The translations under genes were made by a program, and so were the position numbers. Of a stretch of DNA of 64,000 nt, positions 62,594 to 64,000 are shown piece after piece. Location: assembly GCA_938084745.1 (NCBI GenBank), contig CALKEZ010000006.1:3007-67006 (forward strand). Direction: 5' to 3'. The notes beneath the pieces were generated by a model. It did not search any database. It worked only from the letters and a program-made list of their open reading frames with translations, and was not told where the DNA came from. Numbering within the stretch: the first letter of the stretch is position 1; each line of letters begins with the position of its first letter. The stretch is from an uncultured Gammaproteobacteria bacterium (lineage in GTDB: Bacteria; Pseudomonadota; Gammaproteobacteria; Eutrophobiales; Eutrophobiaceae).

Positions 62594-63899
62594 AGTCGAT
62601 ATCCATCCCGGCCTGTTTGGCTAATTCGACAAAACCGGGAAATGAGGTCGCTACATTGTCACAATCGTTAATCACCATATTTTCAGCCGACACCATTCCG
62701 GCAACTGCAAAAGCCATGGCAATACGATGGTCACCATGACTGTTTATTTCGCCTCCCTGAAAACGTCCACCCTCGATTATCATGCCGTCGTCAGTCGCTT
62801 CGGCCTTAATCCCGGTTGCGATAAACCCATCCAACAAAGATTGAATACGATCACTTTCCTTGACCCGCAATTCAGCAGCGCCACTCAAGCGGGTTGTCCC
62901 TTGCGCGTTGGCGGCGGCGACCAGAATCACAGGGAACTCGTCTATCGCAATGGGTACCAGTTCTTCCGGAATATTGATGCCCTGTAGTGGGCTACTTTTG
63001 ATATGAATATCTGCAACGGGCTCACCAGACTGTTCGCGTTCGTTCAAAAGCTCAATATCTGCGCCCATCAATGTCATAATCTTTAACATTGCATCTCGCG
63101 TCGGATTAACGCCAACATTCCCGATTACCACATCCGAACCCGGTGTTATAGTCGCCGCTACAATAAAAAAGGCCGCGGAGGAAAAGTCTGCCGGGATATT
63201 CATATCTGTCGCGACAAGTCTATTGGCCTTGTTTATCGTGATTTTATTTTCCTCTCGTATTACCGGGTGCGAAAAAGCCTTGAACATTCGTTCCGTGTGA
63301 TCACGCGTTGCCTGAGGTTCTATAATCGTAGTGGTGCCTTCAGCATAGAGACCAGCAAGAAGTAAACAGGATTTTAACTGGGCACTGGCAACGGGCAAGA
63401 CATATTCAATTGCTTTTAACTGCCGGCCGCCCGTTATGTGTATCGGTAAAGTGCCTCTATCAGAACATTGAATCTCGGCGTTCATAGTACGTAACGGCTC
63501 GATGACACGCAGCATAGGCCGTGTCATTAATGATTTATCGCCAATCAATTCAGAATCAAATGATTGGGCGGACAACAAACCGGTCATCAAACGTACTGAC
63601 GTGCCCGAGTTACCAAGATCGATAGGCCTATTACTCTGACACAAGCCCTTTAAACCGACGCCCTGGATACGCACCAGATTGCCATCATTTTCAATATCAA
63701 CACCCATCTGTTGAAATGCTTTAGCCGTTGCTAAAGTATCTTCGCCTTGTAAGAAACCCTGTATCTTTGTTTCGCCTTCAGCGATGGCACCTAGCATTAA
63801 GGCGCGATGAGAAATAGATTTATCACCGGGGACAGTGATGCGACCACTAATCAGCCCTCCCGACGTGACGCGAAATCTGCAATGATTTTTTGAACTCAT
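62586..63899 (-). CDS. aroA: 3-phosphoshikimate 1-carboxyvinyltransferase
   Basis: 437-aa ORF with PGDKSISHR, LGNSGTSVRL and ESDR motifs. Confidence 0.95.
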   Translation of the reverse strand: MSSKNHCRFRVTSGGLISGRITVPGDKSISHRALMLGAIAEGETKIQGFLQGEDTLATAKAFQQMGVDIENDGNLVRIQGVGLKGLCQSNRPIDLGNSGTSVRLMTGLLSAQSFDSELIGDKSLMTRPMLRVIEPLRTMNAEIQCSDRGTLPIHITGGRQLKAIEYVLPVASAQLKSCLLLAGLYAEGTTTIIEPQATRDHTERMFKAFSHPVIREENKITINKANRLVATDMNIPADFSSAAFFIVAATITPGSDVVIGNVGVNPTRDAMLKIMTLMGADIELLNEREQSGEPVADIHIKSSPLQGINIPEELVPIAIDEFPVILVAAANAQGTTRLSGAAELRVKESDRIQSLLDGFIATGIKAEATDDGMIIEGGRFQGGEINSHGDHRIAMAFAVAGMVSAENMVINDCDNVATSFPGFVELAKQAGMDIDYV

Positions 63900-63929
63900 A
63901 TAGGTTTGTTATCCGGTGAAGGCCACTCG

Positions 63930-64000
63930 TTACTCGCGAGTATCGTCTAATCGACTTCTGACCTTGGTGAATTTATCTCTGGCAGATTTGGCGCGTTTAA
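63930..64000 (-). CDS. 3' end of an upstream gene running off the window (product unknown)
   Basis: The reverse frame reads ...KRAKSARDKFTKVRSRLDDTRE and then a stop (TAA at 63930-63932). That is too short to assign. Synteny in other gammaproteobacteria would suggest an aromatic amino-acid gene such as prephenate dehydrogenase, but this is not supported by the sequence here. Confidence 0.35.
   Translation of the reverse strand, partial: KRAKSARDKFTKVRSRLDDTRE

Noticed and set aside
1-64000. Search for CRISPR arrays, tRNA/rRNA genes, IS elements, integrases, toxin-antitoxin pairs and defence-system genes
   Set aside because: I saw no repeat-spacer periodicity, no tRNA-like GC-rich cloverleaf candidates in the intergenic regions, and no ORF with transposase, integrase, nuclease-helicase or toxin-like features. 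The window appears to be stable core chromosome apart from the first ~21 kb.

Overview
This 64-kb window looks like a chromosomal segment of an AT-rich gammaproteobacterium. That assignment is inferred only from synteny blocks (rng-yhdP; nrdR-ribD-ribE-ribBA-ribH-nusB-thiL; aroA-cmk-rpsA-ihfB-lapA-lapB-pyrF-mfd-csiV) and a class I adenylate cyclase. About 58 protein-coding genes are densely packed, and many have overlapping stop and start codons. I found no rRNA, tRNA, CRISPR array, transposase, integrase or phage gene. Positions 21-64 kb are mostly housekeeping: glycolate oxidase glcDEF, RNase G, YhdP, mnmA, acnB, class I fumarase, the riboflavin operon, glyA, cyaA, purine/MTA salvage, mfd, pyrF, lapAB, rpsA and aroA. 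The accessory-looking content sits in the first ~21 kb. (1) A DUF1302/DUF1329/BNR-propeller envelope module runs off the left edge. (2) Two diverged paralogous Hanks-type Ser/Thr kinases, each fused to a C-terminal cyclic-nucleotide-binding domain, bracket a CBS-pair gene and pgi. (3) A compact 2-aminoethylphosphonate (phosphonate) cluster comprises a LicC-like nucleotidyltransferase, a PepM-nucleotidyltransferase fusion, Ppd and an AEP transaminase. It carries two nucleotidyltransferase domains and no obvious transferase. (4) A hopanoid side-chain cluster (dxs / hpnH-hpnB-hpnM) is joined to an MlaA/VacJ lipoprotein. The kinase pair plus the phosphonate cluster is my best candidate for an undescribed system. 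Other points worth a second look: a ~140-nt multi-stem palindromic element in the nrtS/dxs convergent gap; a REC-GGDEF gene inserted antisense inside glcDEF; a ~0.55-kb ORF-free region upstream of cyaA with a perfect 14-bp inverted repeat; and a cyaA N-terminus that is conserved in frame but has no canonical start codon. All functional calls rest on my reading of the translated ORFs (motifs and remembered family features) and on gene order. No database search was run.
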